Assembly (NCBI GenBank): GCA_032251315.1
Contig: JAVVEE010000002.1
Span: 13,332-77,331, forward strand
Direction: 5' to 3'
DNA length: 64,000 bases
Source: Gammaproteobacteria bacterium
GTDB taxonomy: Bacteria; Pseudomonadota; Gammaproteobacteria; SZUA-229
The position numbers and the translations under genes are program-made. Shown here in pieces: positions 49,222-60,154 of this stretch (the stretch's first letter is position 1; the number at the start of each line of letters is the position of its first letter). The notes beneath the pieces were generated by a model. The model was not told the origin of the DNA. It made no database searches and was given only the letters and a program-made list of their open reading frames with translations.

Positions 49222-49893
49222 CTACTGGTAGCGGGTAACATCTGCAAGACCCGCCTCTTCAAAGCCTTTCTTCCGATAACGGCAGGAGTCACAAACGCCG
49301 CAGGCTCTGCCCTCCGGATCTGCCTGGTAACAGGAAACCGTGCGACTGTAATCAACACCATGCTCGATACCGGTGCGAATAATTTCCGCCTTGCTCATAG
49401 CCATTAACGGCGTATGAATGCGCAATTTATGCCCTTCAGTCGCGGCTCTGGTGGCCAGGTTAGCCATCGTCTCAAAAGCCTCGACATAGGCCGGTCGGCA
49501 GTCAGGGTAGCCGGAGTAATCCACCGCATTTACGCCGATAAAGATATCCGATGATTGATTAACCTCGGCGATAGCCAGTGCATGCGCCAGAAATACCGTA
49601 TTTCGTGCTGGCACATAGGTAACCGGAATTCCAGCCTCTAGTTGATGCGGCACATCGATCGTCGCATCAGTGAGCGCTGAGCCACCGAGCACGGCATCGT
49701 CCAGCCTGATAATCTGGTGGCGAACGCCATAATGACGGGCAATGGCTTTAGCGGCTTCCAGTTCAGAAACATGTCTCTGGCGATAATCAAAGCTGATGGT
49801 TATACACTCATAGTGCTTGTTAGCGATGGCCAGCACAGTGACCGAATCCAGCCCGCCTGACAGTAAAATAATGGCCCTTGGTTTATCCGTCAC
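49222..49893 (-). CDS. queC: 7-cyano-7-deazaguanine synthase
   Basis: It has an SGGLDS PP-loop and a C-terminal Cys cluster CGVCDSC. Confidence 0.92.
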   Translation of the reverse strand: MTDKPRAIILLSGGLDSVTVLAIANKHYECITISFDYRQRHVSELEAAKAIARHYGVRHQIIRLDDAVLGGSALTDATIDVPHQLEAGIPVTYVPARNTVFLAHALAIAEVNQSSDIFIGVNAVDYSGYPDCRPAYVEAFETMANLATRAATEGHKLRIHTPLMAMSKAEIIRTGIEHGVDYSRTVSCYQADPEGRACGVCDSCRYRKKGFEEAGLADVTRYQ

Positions 49894-49921
49894 AGCTTCA
49901 CCTCTTTATGCATAATCTGTT

Positions 49922-50584
49922 TCATCGCCCCGGAACATCACCCCAGAGGTATTTGTGCAGCTGAATCTGCATTCTTACCGGCAGGTTATCGCGTAGGATC
50001 CAGTCCGCCAGCAGGCCCGTTTCCAATGCCTGAAAACTGGCCGAGAATAAAACTTCGCAGCGCTCTGCCAGCTCGTATTTCTGCATCATGGCACACGACC
50101 AGTCATAATCATGCTGATCACAGATGACAAATTTCACCTGATCGCTGGCCTTAAGATATTCGATATTCTCGTAACGGTTCTTTTCCACTTCGCCCGATGC
50201 GGGTGTTTTCAAATCCATCACTGTCACTATTCTTGAATCCACCTCGGCTATGCTAATAGCGCCGCTGGTTTCCAATGAAACCTCATAACCTGCATCACAC
50301 AGTTTGCTCAGCAGCTCATGGCACTGTTTTTGTGCCAGTGGCTCGCCACCGGTCACGGTGACATATTTGGGCTTATACCCCGCTACAGTTTCGACGATTT
50401 CATCCAGCCCCATCCAGTTGCCGCCAGTAAAGGCATAGGCGGTATCACAGTAGTGACAGCGTAAAGGACAACCGCTCAGGCGCACGAATACCGTTGGCAG
50501 ACCGACGGTACGCGTTTCACCCTGCAGGGAATAGAATATCTCGAATATTCGGAGTTGATCCGGGTGACCGGCCACTGGAATCAA
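49922..50584 (-). CDS. queE: 7-carboxy-7-deazaguanine synthase (radical SAM)
   Basis: It has the motifs FYSLQGE and CPLRCHYCDT, and overlaps the cpoB stop codon. Confidence 0.9.
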   Translation of the reverse strand: MIPVAGHPDQLRIFEIFYSLQGETRTVGLPTVFVRLSGCPLRCHYCDTAYAFTGGNWMGLDEIVETVAGYKPKYVTVTGGEPLAQKQCHELLSKLCDAGYEVSLETSGAISIAEVDSRIVTVMDLKTPASGEVEKNRYENIEYLKASDQVKFVICDQHDYDWSCAMMQKYELAERCEVLFSASFQALETGLLADWILRDNLPVRMQIQLHKYLWGDVPGR

Positions 50585-51387
50585 TGGCCTTCGCGCTGAA
50601 TTCTCTCCAGCCGCTCGTTCGCCTTCTTGGCCAGATTGGTATCAGGATACAATGAAATAATCTGCTGCAGGCTTTCGCGGGCGGCGGACCAGTTTTTCAG
50701 CTCGTAATAGACATAGGCGATTTTCAATCGCGCACCCTGTGCTTTGGTGCTGTCCGGGTAATCTGTAATTAAACGCTGAAACTCACTCAAGGCCTGTTGA
50801 TATTGACGATTGGCATAACTCGCCTCAGCCAGCCAGTATTGGGCATTATCCGCATACTGACTGCCGGGGTTGTTTTTAAGAAAACCCTCAAACGCGGTGA
50901 TCGCCGGTTTATAACGTCCCTCTTTCAGCAGATCAAACGCCGCCTCATACTCGGAGCGGGCTTTGTCACTGACGGCAGCTGAAGCGGGCGCAGCTGCAAC
51001 ACGATTAGCAGCAGCGCTTTTCGGCGCTTCTACCCGGCTACCTGTGGAAGGAACCGGCACAGCCAGTCCCGAGGCCGGCACCGCTGTTTCCACCGCATTA
51101 ATACGACGATCGATATCCACATACAAACTACGCTGACGCTGTTTAATGCTGTTCAGTTCATAGCCCTGCTGATCTAGCTGATCGCGAAGCTGTGCGATTT
51201 CTTCCTGCAAGGCATCAATACGTCGCGCCTGCGTTCTGAAAATATCAGAATCGACCAGCCGCTCCATACGTTCAAGCCGCTGCTTTACGCTCATCATGGA
51301 TATCACATCACTTTCCGCTGCAATCGTCGGGAGCGCGAACGAAGCCGCAATCCACAACACCGATAAAACATAAAAACGCTTAAACAT
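50581..51387 (-). CDS. cpoB: Tol-Pal system protein CpoB/YbgF
   Basis: It has a signal peptide, an N-terminal coiled coil and C-terminal TPR repeats, and follows pal. Confidence 0.88.
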   Translation of the reverse strand: MFKRFYVLSVLWIAASFALPTIAAESDVISMMSVKQRLERMERLVDSDIFRTQARRIDALQEEIAQLRDQLDQQGYELNSIKQRQRSLYVDIDRRINAVETAVPASGLAVPVPSTGSRVEAPKSAAANRVAAAPASAAVSDKARSEYEAAFDLLKEGRYKPAITAFEGFLKNNPGSQYADNAQYWLAEASYANRQYQQALSEFQRLITDYPDSTKAQGARLKIAYVYYELKNWSAARESLQQIISLYPDTNLAKKANERLERIQREGH

Positions 51388-51452
51388 AGATCACCCTGAA
51401 AAATTTCAATTAATGGAGCCGCCTGTGAATAAACAAGGCTTAATGAACCAGC

Positions 51453-51995
51453 TTAATAATCCAGTTCTACGCGACGATTCAAGCTCCACGCAGTCTCATC
51501 ATGACCCAGACGAGCAGGCTTTTCCTCACCGTAACTGATAATAGTAATTTGATCACTTCCAGCACCCTGAAACATCAGCAAGCGTTCCACTGACTGTGCA
51601 CGACGGTCGGCCAAAGCTATGTTGTACTCGCGTGTGCCTCTTTCATCAGTGTGGCCTTCAACTCTGACTGATGCACCGGGGTTAGCCGATAAGTAGTTAC
51701 CATGATGCTTGATCAGCTCAACAGATTCATCGCTGACATCACTGCTGTCAAAGTCAAAATAGATCACGCGTTCCGCCAGCACACTGTTGGCATCATGAAT
51801 TGCGTCAGTCTCGTACGAAACCGGTAACGCCTGCCCTTCGCCGTAACTTTCTGCACCTATCGCTCCGGCCTGTGCGCCGCCAGAACCGTCCATAGCTGAA
51901 GTGTCTTCGTCAGCCCCAGGTTTTACATTCGCATCACAAGCCGCTAAAGCCGCAGCCATCAACAAAACCAATAAATAATTTTTCATCTCATACAC
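51453..51995 (-). CDS. pal: Peptidoglycan-associated lipoprotein Pal
   Basis: It has a lipobox LAAC and an OmpA-like C-terminal domain (GHTDERGTREYN.ALADRRA). Confidence 0.93.
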   Translation of the reverse strand: MYEMKNYLLVLLMAAALAACDANVKPGADEDTSAMDGSGGAQAGAIGAESYGEGQALPVSYETDAIHDANSVLAERVIYFDFDSSDVSDESVELIKHHGNYLSANPGASVRVEGHTDERGTREYNIALADRRAQSVERLLMFQGAGSDQITIISYGEEKPARLGHDETAWSLNRRVELDY

Positions 51996-52035
51996 CTCTA
52001 ATTATCGTCTCTTAAAATTTCAATGTTAACCCTGA

Positions 52036-53331
52036 CTACTTTCTCACCGCAGACCATGCCGGTTCTCTGACATCGCCATCGGATAAACCCAAACGCTGCT
52101 TGTGACGCCCGTCAGTGGAGACCGCCGCCAGCACCGGTTGCCCCTTATGCTGTGAGGCATAGATAATCATACTGCCATTCGGCGAAAACTCGGGCGATTC
52201 ATCCAGCGGGCCATCAGTCACAATTTGCACTAGACCCGTATCCAGATACAGCACCGCTATCCTGAATACATTACTGTCGCCATTAACAAAACTGATCGTT
52301 TTGCCGTCCGCCGAAACACTGGCATTGGCATTATACCTGCCTTCGAAGGTCAGACGTTGCGGCCTGGCACCGGCTTTGGTCGCCACCTGATACAACTGCG
52401 GCTTGCCACTGCGATTCGAGGTAAAGACCAGTGATTTACCATCCGGCATCCATACCGCCTCGGTGTCAATCGACCAGTGGCTGGTGATGCGCGCCAGCTT
52501 CTTACTGCTGAGATCCAGAACATAAATGTCCGGATTTCCGTCTTTCGACAGGGTAATGGCCATTTGCCTGCCATCAGGCGACCATGCCGGCGCACCATTG
52601 ATGCCGGCAAATTTAGAAATCTGTTCGCGTTTAGCAGTGTGAATATTGTGAACAAAAATTTCCGCCACGCCATTTTCAAACGAGACATAGGCCAGTCGAT
52701 CACCCGCAGGCGACCACGCCGGCGACATAATGGGCTCGTCGGAGACTAATAAATTCTGAGAATTGAAACCATCGGTGTCCGCAGACTGCAAGTGATATTG
52801 CACTGCCTTACCCGGGTTTTGCGCCGCCGTAATATAAGCAATGCGGGCATCAAATGCACCGGGCAAACCGGTCAGGGCCTTGATGATGTGATCGCTGATA
52901 CGATGCGCCACCGACCTTAAAGAAGCTCGGGTCGCCGAAAAATTATAACCCAGCACCTGCTCTCCCTTGAGCACGTCAAACATCCGGAAGTAGACCTGAT
53001 ACCGGTTTTCAGCCTCCTGCTTCACGCCGCCAATAATCAAATGATCAACCCCGGTCATCCGCCACGACTGGAAATGTACGTCTTCGGGCTGTTTAGGATA
53101 AGCGATCAGATCTTTATCAGCCAGCGGCGCAAACTTGCCACTGCGTGCCAGATCTGAAGCGACGATCGCCGACACATCCGCATCGTCTAACTTCGTGCCT
53201 CCATGCCACTGAAATGGCACCACCGCAATGGGCAGGGAGCCTTCAATACCTTCTGTAATCTCGATATTGAGCACGGCCTGCGCCAGCGAATAAAAACAGA
53301 ACAATATCAAACCTGATAAAAGACGTTTCAT
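52036..53331 (-). CDS. tolB: Tol-Pal system beta-propeller protein TolB
   Basis: The 431-aa ORF has repeated P.WSPDG propeller motifs. Confidence 0.93.
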   Translation of the reverse strand: MKRLLSGLILFCFYSLAQAVLNIEITEGIEGSLPIAVVPFQWHGGTKLDDADVSAIVASDLARSGKFAPLADKDLIAYPKQPEDVHFQSWRMTGVDHLIIGGVKQEAENRYQVYFRMFDVLKGEQVLGYNFSATRASLRSVAHRISDHIIKALTGLPGAFDARIAYITAAQNPGKAVQYHLQSADTDGFNSQNLLVSDEPIMSPAWSPAGDRLAYVSFENGVAEIFVHNIHTAKREQISKFAGINGAPAWSPDGRQMAITLSKDGNPDIYVLDLSSKKLARITSHWSIDTEAVWMPDGKSLVFTSNRSGKPQLYQVATKAGARPQRLTFEGRYNANASVSADGKTISFVNGDSNVFRIAVLYLDTGLVQIVTDGPLDESPEFSPNGSMIIYASQHKGQPVLAAVSTDGRHKQRLGLSDGDVREPAWSAVRK

Positions 53332-53382
53332 AAATTTACAACCTTAAAGTTTGTCTCTGGCAAAACGTTAAATGAATGCATA

Positions 53383-54369
53383 TTAAATACCCGGCCTGAA
53401 AGTAAAGTGAATCTCCCGATCAAAAACTTCCGGGCTCGGCGGCGGTGGCAAGGGTGATGCTTTCCTTACCGCACGTTCAATTGAACGCTGAAAAGCCAGG
53501 TCATTAACACATTTTTTCAATATGACATCAATTACATCGCCCAACGAAGTCTGGATCACAACGATTTCGCAGGACATATCTGAAGTCGCAGTCACCGGCC
53601 GCAGCCAGTTACGCTCAACTTTTTGTTCGATAAGCCGGACATACTGCGAACGCAATGTTTGCAAACGCGCATTCTTCTCTGCGGCCTGTTGCGCCGCTTC
53701 TTCCATGCGCTCTTCTTCGGCCAGTTTACGCTGCAATTCAGCCACCTCTTCTTTTCTTCTATTCTCTTCTTCAGCCTTACGTTTCGCCGCCAGCTCCTGC
53801 TGCTTTTTCTTTTCCGCTTCGGCTTGACGTTGTTCCGCCAGTTCCTGTTGTCTCTTCTTCTCTGCCTCAGCTTCGCGTTGAGCTAACACTTCCTGCTGTT
53901 TTTTCTTTTCAGCTTCAGCCTGTTTTTTCTCCAGCTCTTTTTTTTCAGCGGCCGCTTTTATCTTTTCCGCTTCCATGCGTTTTTTCTCAGCCAGGTTCTT
54001 TTGCTTTAAGGCTTCCAGGTTTTTTTGCTCATCGGCCTTTTTTTTCTTTAGCTCTGCCAGGCGTCTCTGCTCATCCGCCAGCTGCTGCCTGGCTTTTTCC
54101 TGCTGCTGTTTTATTTTTTGCTGCTGCGCCAGCGCCTGCTGTTTCTGCTGCTCTTCCGCCTGCTTGAGTTTTCTGGCCTCCGCTTCAATTTGTGTCGCAT
54201 CAACGGCCACTGCCTGAACTATTTTTTTCTCTGCACCGGCCGGCTTGTGTACGTTAGTGTTGCTTAAATTAAGGCCCAGCATCACCATCAGAGCAAAATG
54301 CCCGGCGATAACCGTCAGCAGAACCAGCGGCCGGGTTTTAATTTCATGCAGCAATCCGGATGAACTCAT
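53383..54369 (-). CDS. tolA: Tol-Pal system protein TolA
   Basis: It has an N-terminal TM, a long Lys/Glu/Ala-rich helical domain II with EAEKKKQQEL repeats and a small C-terminal domain. Confidence 0.88.
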   Translation of the reverse strand: MSSSGLLHEIKTRPLVLLTVIAGHFALMVMLGLNLSNTNVHKPAGAEKKIVQAVAVDATQIEAEARKLKQAEEQQKQQALAQQQKIKQQQEKARQQLADEQRRLAELKKKKADEQKNLEALKQKNLAEKKRMEAEKIKAAAEKKELEKKQAEAEKKKQQEVLAQREAEAEKKRQQELAEQRQAEAEKKKQQELAAKRKAEEENRRKEEVAELQRKLAEEERMEEAAQQAAEKNARLQTLRSQYVRLIEQKVERNWLRPVTATSDMSCEIVVIQTSLGDVIDVILKKCVNDLAFQRSIERAVRKASPLPPPPSPEVFDREIHFTFRPGI

Positions 54370-54809
54370 TATTTCTCTGCCGTGCCCTGTTCATCTATCT
54401 GATCGGTCATTAAACCGACCTTTTCCACGCCGGCCGATTGCAGCAATACCATAGCATGAGTGACGCTGCCGTAATCCACATTCCTGTCACCACGAACCAG
54501 CACCGGTGTGTCCGGCTGATATTTAACCACCGCCGCGACCCGATGCACCAGCACCTCTTCACTAATGGGTTCTTTAACATGCTCACCTACATTCAGATAA
54601 TACTCGCCGGTTTTGCTCACGGTGAGAATGACAGGCTCTTTTTGCTCCGATGACAGGGGATTGGCGCTGGCCTGGGGCAGTTCAATTTCCACCCCCTGTT
54701 GCAACAACGGCGCTGTAATCATGAAGATGATCAACAGCACCAGCATCACATCGATGTAGGGCACAACGTTAATTTCTGCAACTGCTCTGCGTTTGCGATG
54801 ACGGGGCAT
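54369..54809 (-). CDS. tolR: Tol-Pal system protein TolR
   Basis: It is ExbD/TolR family (INVVPYIDVMLVLLIIFM) and shares a TAATG junction with tolA. Confidence 0.9.
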   Translation of the reverse strand: MPRHRKRRAVAEINVVPYIDVMLVLLIIFMITAPLLQQGVEIELPQASANPLSSEQKEPVILTVSKTGEYYLNVGEHVKEPISEEVLVHRVAAVVKYQPDTPVLVRGDRNVDYGSVTHAMVLLQSAGVEKVGLMTDQIDEQGTAEK

Positions 54810-54821
54810 AACTTCTATCTT

Positions 54822-55547
54822 TTAGCTGGTGGTCGAGGCGTATTCAACATGCTGCTCATCTTCTTCGTGCTGCAAGCTCTGGCTCTGACGTTGTAGAATG
54901 CCGACAAATTCTTCCGCAAAGTTTTCGTAGGAATTTGCCAGTTGGTCGACGCGCTCCACATAGCGGTTGTAGGCAATCACGGCCGGTATCGCCGCGAACA
55001 GACCCATCGCTGTCGCGATCAGGGCTTCGGCAATGCCCGGCGCAACCATCGCCAAACTGGCTTGCTGCACCGAACCCAGCGCGGTAAAGGAGCGCATAAT
55101 GCCCCACACTGTACCGAACAGGCCGATATAGGGACTGATCGAACCCACTGTCGCCAGAATCGAGAGATGCGCATCCAGTCGCTCCTCTTCTCGCGCCTGC
55201 GCCACTTTCATGCCGCGTTGTACACTGGATAGCATGCTAGCCGTATTGCCCGGGGTGTGCTTGCGCATGCGCACGAACTCGGAGAATCCCGCGACAAAGA
55301 TTCGCGCCAGGCCGCTTTCACCAACAGCGTTTTTCTTTACCCGTGCATATAAATCGGCCAGATTTATACCCGACCAGAACTGATCTTCAAAACGCAACGC
55401 CTCGGCTCGCGCTTTGCGCAGCACATCATATTTAAGGTAAATGATGACCCAGGACATTACCGAAGCCAACAACAAAACAAACATCACCAGCTGCACGGTA
55501 AAACTCGCCTGCGCAACCATATTCCACAATGACATATCAGCTTCCAC
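54822..55547 (-). CDS. tolQ: Tol-Pal system protein TolQ
   Basis: It is MotA/TolQ/ExbB family (three TM, GLFGTVWGIM). An alternative start lies at 55535. Confidence 0.9.
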   Translation of the reverse strand: MEADMSLWNMVAQASFTVQLVMFVLLLASVMSWVIIYLKYDVLRKARAEALRFEDQFWSGINLADLYARVKKNAVGESGLARIFVAGFSEFVRMRKHTPGNTASMLSSVQRGMKVAQAREEERLDAHLSILATVGSISPYIGLFGTVWGIMRSFTALGSVQQASLAMVAPGIAEALIATAMGLFAAIPAVIAYNRYVERVDQLANSYENFAEEFVGILQRQSQSLQHEEDEQHVEYASTTS

Positions 55548-55977
55548 TGATAACCTCCCGTTTAATTTTTGACAATATTACCTCCGGTATCACCATGGGG
55601 GTAAATTTTTCTGCGTTGATACAGGCCACTTTTACCTCAGCGAGGCATAGTTCGGTTTCATCCGCAGCGCGAATAATAGAATGTGAAAAACCCATACTGA
55701 CCCTGCCGCAATGGCTGATTGCGGTTTTTACCAGCAGCGCATCATTAAAGACCGCCGGTTTTTTATATTTCACCGATAAACTGTGCACTGCGAAAATAAT
55801 TCCCTGATCTTCTTTTAGCCGATCCTGCTCGAAATCCAGGCTGCGTAAAAACTCGGTACGGGCGCGCTCCATAAATTTCAGGTAGTTAGCGTAATAGACC
55901 ACACCGCCCGCATCGGTATCCTCGTAGTAGACACGCACCGGCCATAAAAATTCATTATCTGAAATAATCACTGACAC
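55537..55977 (-). CDS. ybgC: Tol-Pal-associated acyl-CoA thioesterase YbgC
   Basis: The segment WPVRVYYEDTDAGGVVYYANY is nearly identical to the E. coli YbgC N-terminus. Confidence 0.9.
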   Translation of the reverse strand: MSVIISDNEFLWPVRVYYEDTDAGGVVYYANYLKFMERARTEFLRSLDFEQDRLKEDQGIIFAVHSLSVKYKKPAVFNDALLVKTAISHCGRVSMGFSHSIIRAADETELCLAEVKVACINAEKFTPMVIPEVILSKIKREVISGS

Positions 55978-55983
55978 CCATCT

Positions 55984-57048
55984 CTATATTTTATTAGCAG
56001 TGACATCGCTGTCCGGCAATTCCAGCGTCGCCTGAATCAGCTGCTCGTTCGCCGGCTGCTTGAGTCCGAAATGGCGGTACACGTTCGGCGTCGCCACCCG
56101 TCCGCGTGGCGTGCGCATCAGATAACCCTGCTGAATCAAATAGGGCTCGATCACATCTTCGATAGTGTCGCGCTCCTCGCCGATGGCCGCCGCCAGATTT
56201 TCCACACCCACTGGGCCACCATTAAATTTTTCGATAATGGCCAGCAGCAGGCGATTGTCCATGACATCAAAACCCAGCGGGTCGACCTTGAGCAGCTTCA
56301 ACGCCTTGCAGGCGACATCGACGTTGACTGCGCCATCGGCCTTGACCTGGGCATAGTCACGCACCCGCCGCAACAGGCGGTTGGCGATACGCGGTGTGCC
56401 GCGGGCACGGCGCGCAATTTCGGCAGCACCGTCCACATCCATCGCCACATTCAGGATGCCGGCGGTGCGCTGCACGATATGGGTCAGATCCGGCACCGAA
56501 TAGAAATCAAGACGCAGCACAATGCCGAAACGGTCACGCAACGGCGAAGTCAGCGAACCGGCGCGGGTGGTCGCGCCCACCAGGGTAAAGGGCGGCAGAT
56601 CGAGTTTGATGGAACGTGCGCCGGGGCCTTCGCCAATCATGATGTCGAGCTGATGATCTTCCATGGCCGGATACAGAATTTCCTCCACCACCGGACTGAG
56701 GCGATGAATCTCGTCGATGAACAGAACATCGTGCGGCTCGAGGTTGGTGAGCAGCGCCGCCAGATCGCCGGGGCGCTCCAGCACCGGGCCGGAGGTGGAG
56801 TGCAGGTTCGCCTTCATTTCGTTGGCGACAATGTGCGCCAGCGTGGTCTTGCCCAGCCCCGGCGGGCCGAAAAACAGCAGATGATCCAGCGCTTCGCTGC
56901 GTCCGCGCGCGGCCGGAATGAAAATCTCCAGCTGCTCGGTGACGCCGGGCTGGCCGCGATAATCCTTGAGCAGCTGGGGGCGAATCGCGCGATCAATCGC
57001 CACCTCCTCATCCGCTTGCTCTGCGGCGATGATGCGTTCCTCTGCCAT
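55984..57048 (-). CDS. ruvB: Holliday junction branch migration helicase RuvB
   Basis: It has an AAA+ Walker A (GPPGLGKTT) and the motifs DEIHRL and [16 protein letters not shown]. Confidence 0.95.
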   Translation of the reverse strand: MAEERIIAAEQADEEVAIDRAIRPQLLKDYRGQPGVTEQLEIFIPAARGRSEALDHLLFFGPPGLGKTTLAHIVANEMKANLHSTSGPVLERPGDLAALLTNLEPHDVLFIDEIHRLSPVVEEILYPAMEDHQLDIMIGEGPGARSIKLDLPPFTLVGATTRAGSLTSPLRDRFGIVLRLDFYSVPDLTHIVQRTAGILNVAMDVDGAAEIARRARGTPRIANRLLRRVRDYAQVKADGAVNVDVACKALKLLKVDPLGFDVMDNRLLLAIIEKFNGGPVGVENLAAAIGEERDTIEDVIEPYLIQQGYLMRTPRGRVATPNVYRHFGLKQPANEQLIQATLELPDSDVTANKI

Positions 57049-57049
57049 A

Positions 57050-57655
57050 TTAAGTTCTCACCGTGCTTTTCAGCGCCATTTTAATAATCTCCTCGGTCCT
57101 GAGTCCCTCGGCCTCGACGGCGCGAACCATCTGGCTAGCCTCCTGCGCCTTGTAACCCAGTGACATCAGTGCGCTCACCGCATCACTGACCGGGCTGGCC
57201 TCGACTTTCAGCCCGGCAATGGAGCCGCTGCCCGGCAAGACCGCGCTTGCTGTCTTCGCCAGTCGGTCACGCAGCTCCACAATCAGGCGCTCCGCAGTCT
57301 TCTTGCCCACACCCGGCAGGGCGGTCAGGGCCTTGGCATCGTTTTCCATGACGCAGCGGGTGAACTCTTCCGCCGTCACCCCGGAGAGAATGGTCAGTGC
57401 CAGTTTGGGACCGACGCCGCTGGTTTTGATCAGGTCTCTGAACAGCTGGCGCTCCGACTGGCTGTAAAAGCCGTACAGCAGCTGGGCATCTTCACGCACC
57501 ACCATGTGGGTATGCAGGGTCACCGCCTCACCGCTGGCGGGCAGCTGATAAAAGGTCGACATCGGCGCTTCCAGCTCGTAACCCACGCCCTGCACATCCA
57601 CCAGCAGCTGCGGCGGTTTCTTCTCCAGCAAAACCCCGCTCAGGCGACCGATCAT
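57050..57655 (-). CDS. ruvA: Holliday junction DNA-binding protein RuvA
   Basis: It has the conserved start MIGRLSGVL, the motif GVGYE and an HhH ([10 protein letters not shown]). The ATG at 57655 overlaps the ruvC stop codon (ATGA); the ORF track start at 57724 lies inside ruvC. Confidence 0.92.
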   Translation of the reverse strand: MIGRLSGVLLEKKPPQLLVDVQGVGYELEAPMSTFYQLPASGEAVTLHTHMVVREDAQLLYGFYSQSERQLFRDLIKTSGVGPKLALTILSGVTAEEFTRCVMENDAKALTALPGVGKKTAERLIVELRDRLAKTASAVLPGSGSIAGLKVEASPVSDAVSALMSLGYKAQEASQMVRAVEAEGLRTEEIIKMALKSTVRT

Positions 57656-58179
57656 ACCCAGCGCCCCCGGCGCGAACCGCGCACGATGCCAACCGACCTG
57701 ACATGCGCATGGTTGGCATGGCACATGGCTATCGCCAGCGCATCGGCCTCATCGCTCTGTAATTTCTGTTCCAGGCCTAATAGTTTCTGCATCATCATCT
57801 GTATCTGCTGTTTATCCGCGGCGCCGGTACCGACCACCGATTTCTTAATGACCCGCGCGGCGTATTCGTCCACGCTGAGTTTGGCCTGCACCCCGGCGCA
57901 GATGGCCGCGCCTCTGGCCTGACCCAGCTTGAGCGCCGAATCGGCATTGCGGCTCATAAACACCTGCTCAATCGCCATCGACTCCGGCTGCCATAGTGCA
58001 ATCACCGCAGCCACCTCCTGAAAAATGGTGCCCAGCCGCTGCGGCAGTTCATCATCACCCCTGGTGGCAATATGGCCACTGGCCACATAACTGTGGCGAA
58101 AGCCGTCGGTGTCGAGAACGCCGTAACCGGTAATGCGGGAACCGGGGTCGATGCCGATGATGCGTATTTTTGTTTTCAA
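57652..58179 (-). CDS. ruvC: Crossover junction endodeoxyribonuclease RuvC
   Basis: It has the N-terminal catalytic Asp in IIGIDPGSRITGYG and is 175 aa long. Confidence 0.93.
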   Translation of the reverse strand: MKTKIRIIGIDPGSRITGYGVLDTDGFRHSYVASGHIATRGDDELPQRLGTIFQEVAAVIALWQPESMAIEQVFMSRNADSALKLGQARGAAICAGVQAKLSVDEYAARVIKKSVVGTGAADKQQIQMMMQKLLGLEQKLQSDEADALAIAMCHANHAHVRSVGIVRGSRRGRWV

Positions 58180-58246
58180 GGCTTAATCCATACTTCGCAA
58201 TGAAGTTTTATGGCCGGGAGATTCAACGCGAGCATCGAGCGCAAAG

Positions 58247-58993
58247 TCACTGCGAAAGCTGCGCCATGACCTCATCGGAAAAATCGGCATTGGTATAGAC
58301 CTCCTGCACATCATCCAGATCTTCCAGGGCATCGATCAGATGCATGATTTTCTCGGCATCCTCAAAAGCGACGTCGGTCGTGGTCGCCGGCTTTTCAATG
58401 ACCTGCGCCTGCTCCGGCACAAACCCGGCCGCGATCATCGCCTCCTTCACCGCAAGAAAATCTTCAAATGCCGTCGCCACTTCGATACCACCGTCATCCG
58501 CGCCGGCCACATCTTCGGCTCCCGCCTCCAGCACCGCTTCCATGATCGCGTCCTCGTCGCTGCCAGGCGGGTAACTGAGCAGGCCCATGCGGGTAAACAT
58601 GAAGGCGACCGAGCCATCGGTGCCCAGATTGCCACCCGCCCGGGTGAAGGCATGGCGCACCTCGGAAACGGTGCGGTTGCGGTTATCGGTCATGCAATCC
58701 ACCATCACCGCCACACCTGCGGGGCCGTAACCCTCATAGCGAATCTCCTCATAAACCACATCCTCATCACCGCCGGCACCACGCTTGATGGCGCGCTCGA
58801 CGGTGTCGCGGGTCATGTTTGCTGCCAGCGCCTTGTCCACTGCCAGCCGTAATCGAGGATTGGCGGCGATATCACCGCTGATTTTGGCGGCGACGGTAAT
58901 CTCCCGAATCAACTTGGTAAAAATCTTGCCGCGCTTCTTATCCTGCGCCGCCTTGCGATGCTTGATGTTCGCAAATTTACTGTGCCCTGCCAT
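58247..58993 (-). CDS. yebC: YebC/PmpR family DNA-binding transcriptional regulator
   Basis: It has the family-invariant start [18 protein letters not shown]. Confidence 0.92.
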   Translation of the reverse strand: MAGHSKFANIKHRKAAQDKKRGKIFTKLIREITVAAKISGDIAANPRLRLAVDKALAANMTRDTVERAIKRGAGGDEDVVYEEIRYEGYGPAGVAVMVDCMTDNRNRTVSEVRHAFTRAGGNLGTDGSVAFMFTRMGLLSYPPGSDEDAIMEAVLEAGAEDVAGADDGGIEVATAFEDFLAVKEAMIAAGFVPEQAQVIEKPATTTDVAFEDAEKIMHLIDALEDLDDVQEVYTNADFSDEVMAQLSQ

Positions 58994-59110
58994 AAAAACC
59001 TCTTACCATCACACCTTTTCTATCCAGCAGGCAGTCTAACATTGAGTGCAGCATTGATGAACTGATAAAGCGCAGCGGCTGAGATTCATCCCGAATCAGC
59101 CTGCTCCGAT

Positions 59111-59770
59111 TTATACATAACTGGAATCGGGTAGCGGCATCACCGTATCCTCATCGAACTTGCCGGCGCACAAAAAGGTAATGACCTGCTCCGCCACCTC
59201 TGAAGACAGTAATATACCGAAATGGCTCACCGGCAGCAGCAGCGCATCAGTGGCGCCCCGGAGCATAGTCTCCTCCACCGACACCGTGCCGTCGTGCGGT
59301 AGATCCGGTCCGCCGACAAGCAGCCCAAGCCCCATCGGGAAGGTGCCTGAAATAATGCCGATATCCTGCCAGCTCTTCCACGGTGGCGCATCGCCGTCCA
59401 GCCCTTGCTCCATGCTCTGGCCCAGCAGCCAGCGGGTCAAACGCGTGTGCGCCAGACGCTTAGCCACCGCACTGCCGTTGACCGGACTCGCCAGCAAGAC
59501 GATACGGCCTTTGGTCGTGAAGGGGTATTGGTTAAACAGATGCAACAACACGAGGCCGCCCAGACTATGACCGACAAAATGCACCACTGGCGCATCAATC
59601 GTGACAACGAATTCATGCAGACAGGTGGCGGTTTCTGCCAGAGACTGCCTGCGCTCATGGTGTTTGAAAACATGACACTCATAGCCGGCGCGCTCCAGCT
59701 TCCGGCGCAAGCGCCAGAACTCCAGACCATTCATCCAGATACCATGTACTAAAACGACCACTTCTCGCAT
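59111..59770 (-). CDS. Alpha/beta hydrolase fold protein
   Basis: It has a nucleophile elbow GHSLGG and the N-terminal motif VLVHG. Substrate is unknown. Confidence 0.7.
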   Translation of the reverse strand: MREVVVLVHGIWMNGLEFWRLRRKLERAGYECHVFKHHERRQSLAETATCLHEFVVTIDAPVVHFVGHSLGGLVLLHLFNQYPFTTKGRIVLLASPVNGSAVAKRLAHTRLTRWLLGQSMEQGLDGDAPPWKSWQDIGIISGTFPMGLGLLVGGPDLPHDGTVSVEETMLRGATDALLLPVSHFGILLSSEVAEQVITFLCAGKFDEDTVMPLPDSSYV

Positions 59771-60154
59771 GCAAGCAGTTTAGCCGAGAGCCGGGCTTAA
59801 AGGGGGGTTTCAAGGATGGATGTTGAGCTTCATTACTCTATATTAAGCATCGTCAAGTTCTGTCAGCAATCATCATAGAAACCGGATAAAACACCTGCGT
59901 GTCATTAAGCGATGCTTTTGTATTCATTACAGGATGTTGGTAAGCCGAAACGAATCCGATAGTTAAAAAACTAATGAATTTAAATTATATCACTCCGATA
60001 TTAGTAAATACGATGCTCCGCTTGATAATCTCGGGGTAGAACAACCCCTGACTCTATCAAATAAAATGACAACAGATTGAAATGGAACGGTATCGGTTAA
60101 ATATGGATATCGGCATAACGAGAAATGAGTGAAATTTAGAGAAGCGAGTGGAGT

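Noticed and set aside
56071-57084. 337-aa plus-strand ORF antisense to ruvB. Similar long antisense ORFs occur at 61497-62879 (aspS), 33770-34555 (prfC), 22765-23397 (valS) and 36609-37118 (leuA).
   Set aside because: Each lies entirely inside a strongly conserved housekeeping gene on the other strand. They lack recognisable motifs and have a His/Arg/Gln-rich shadow-frame composition.
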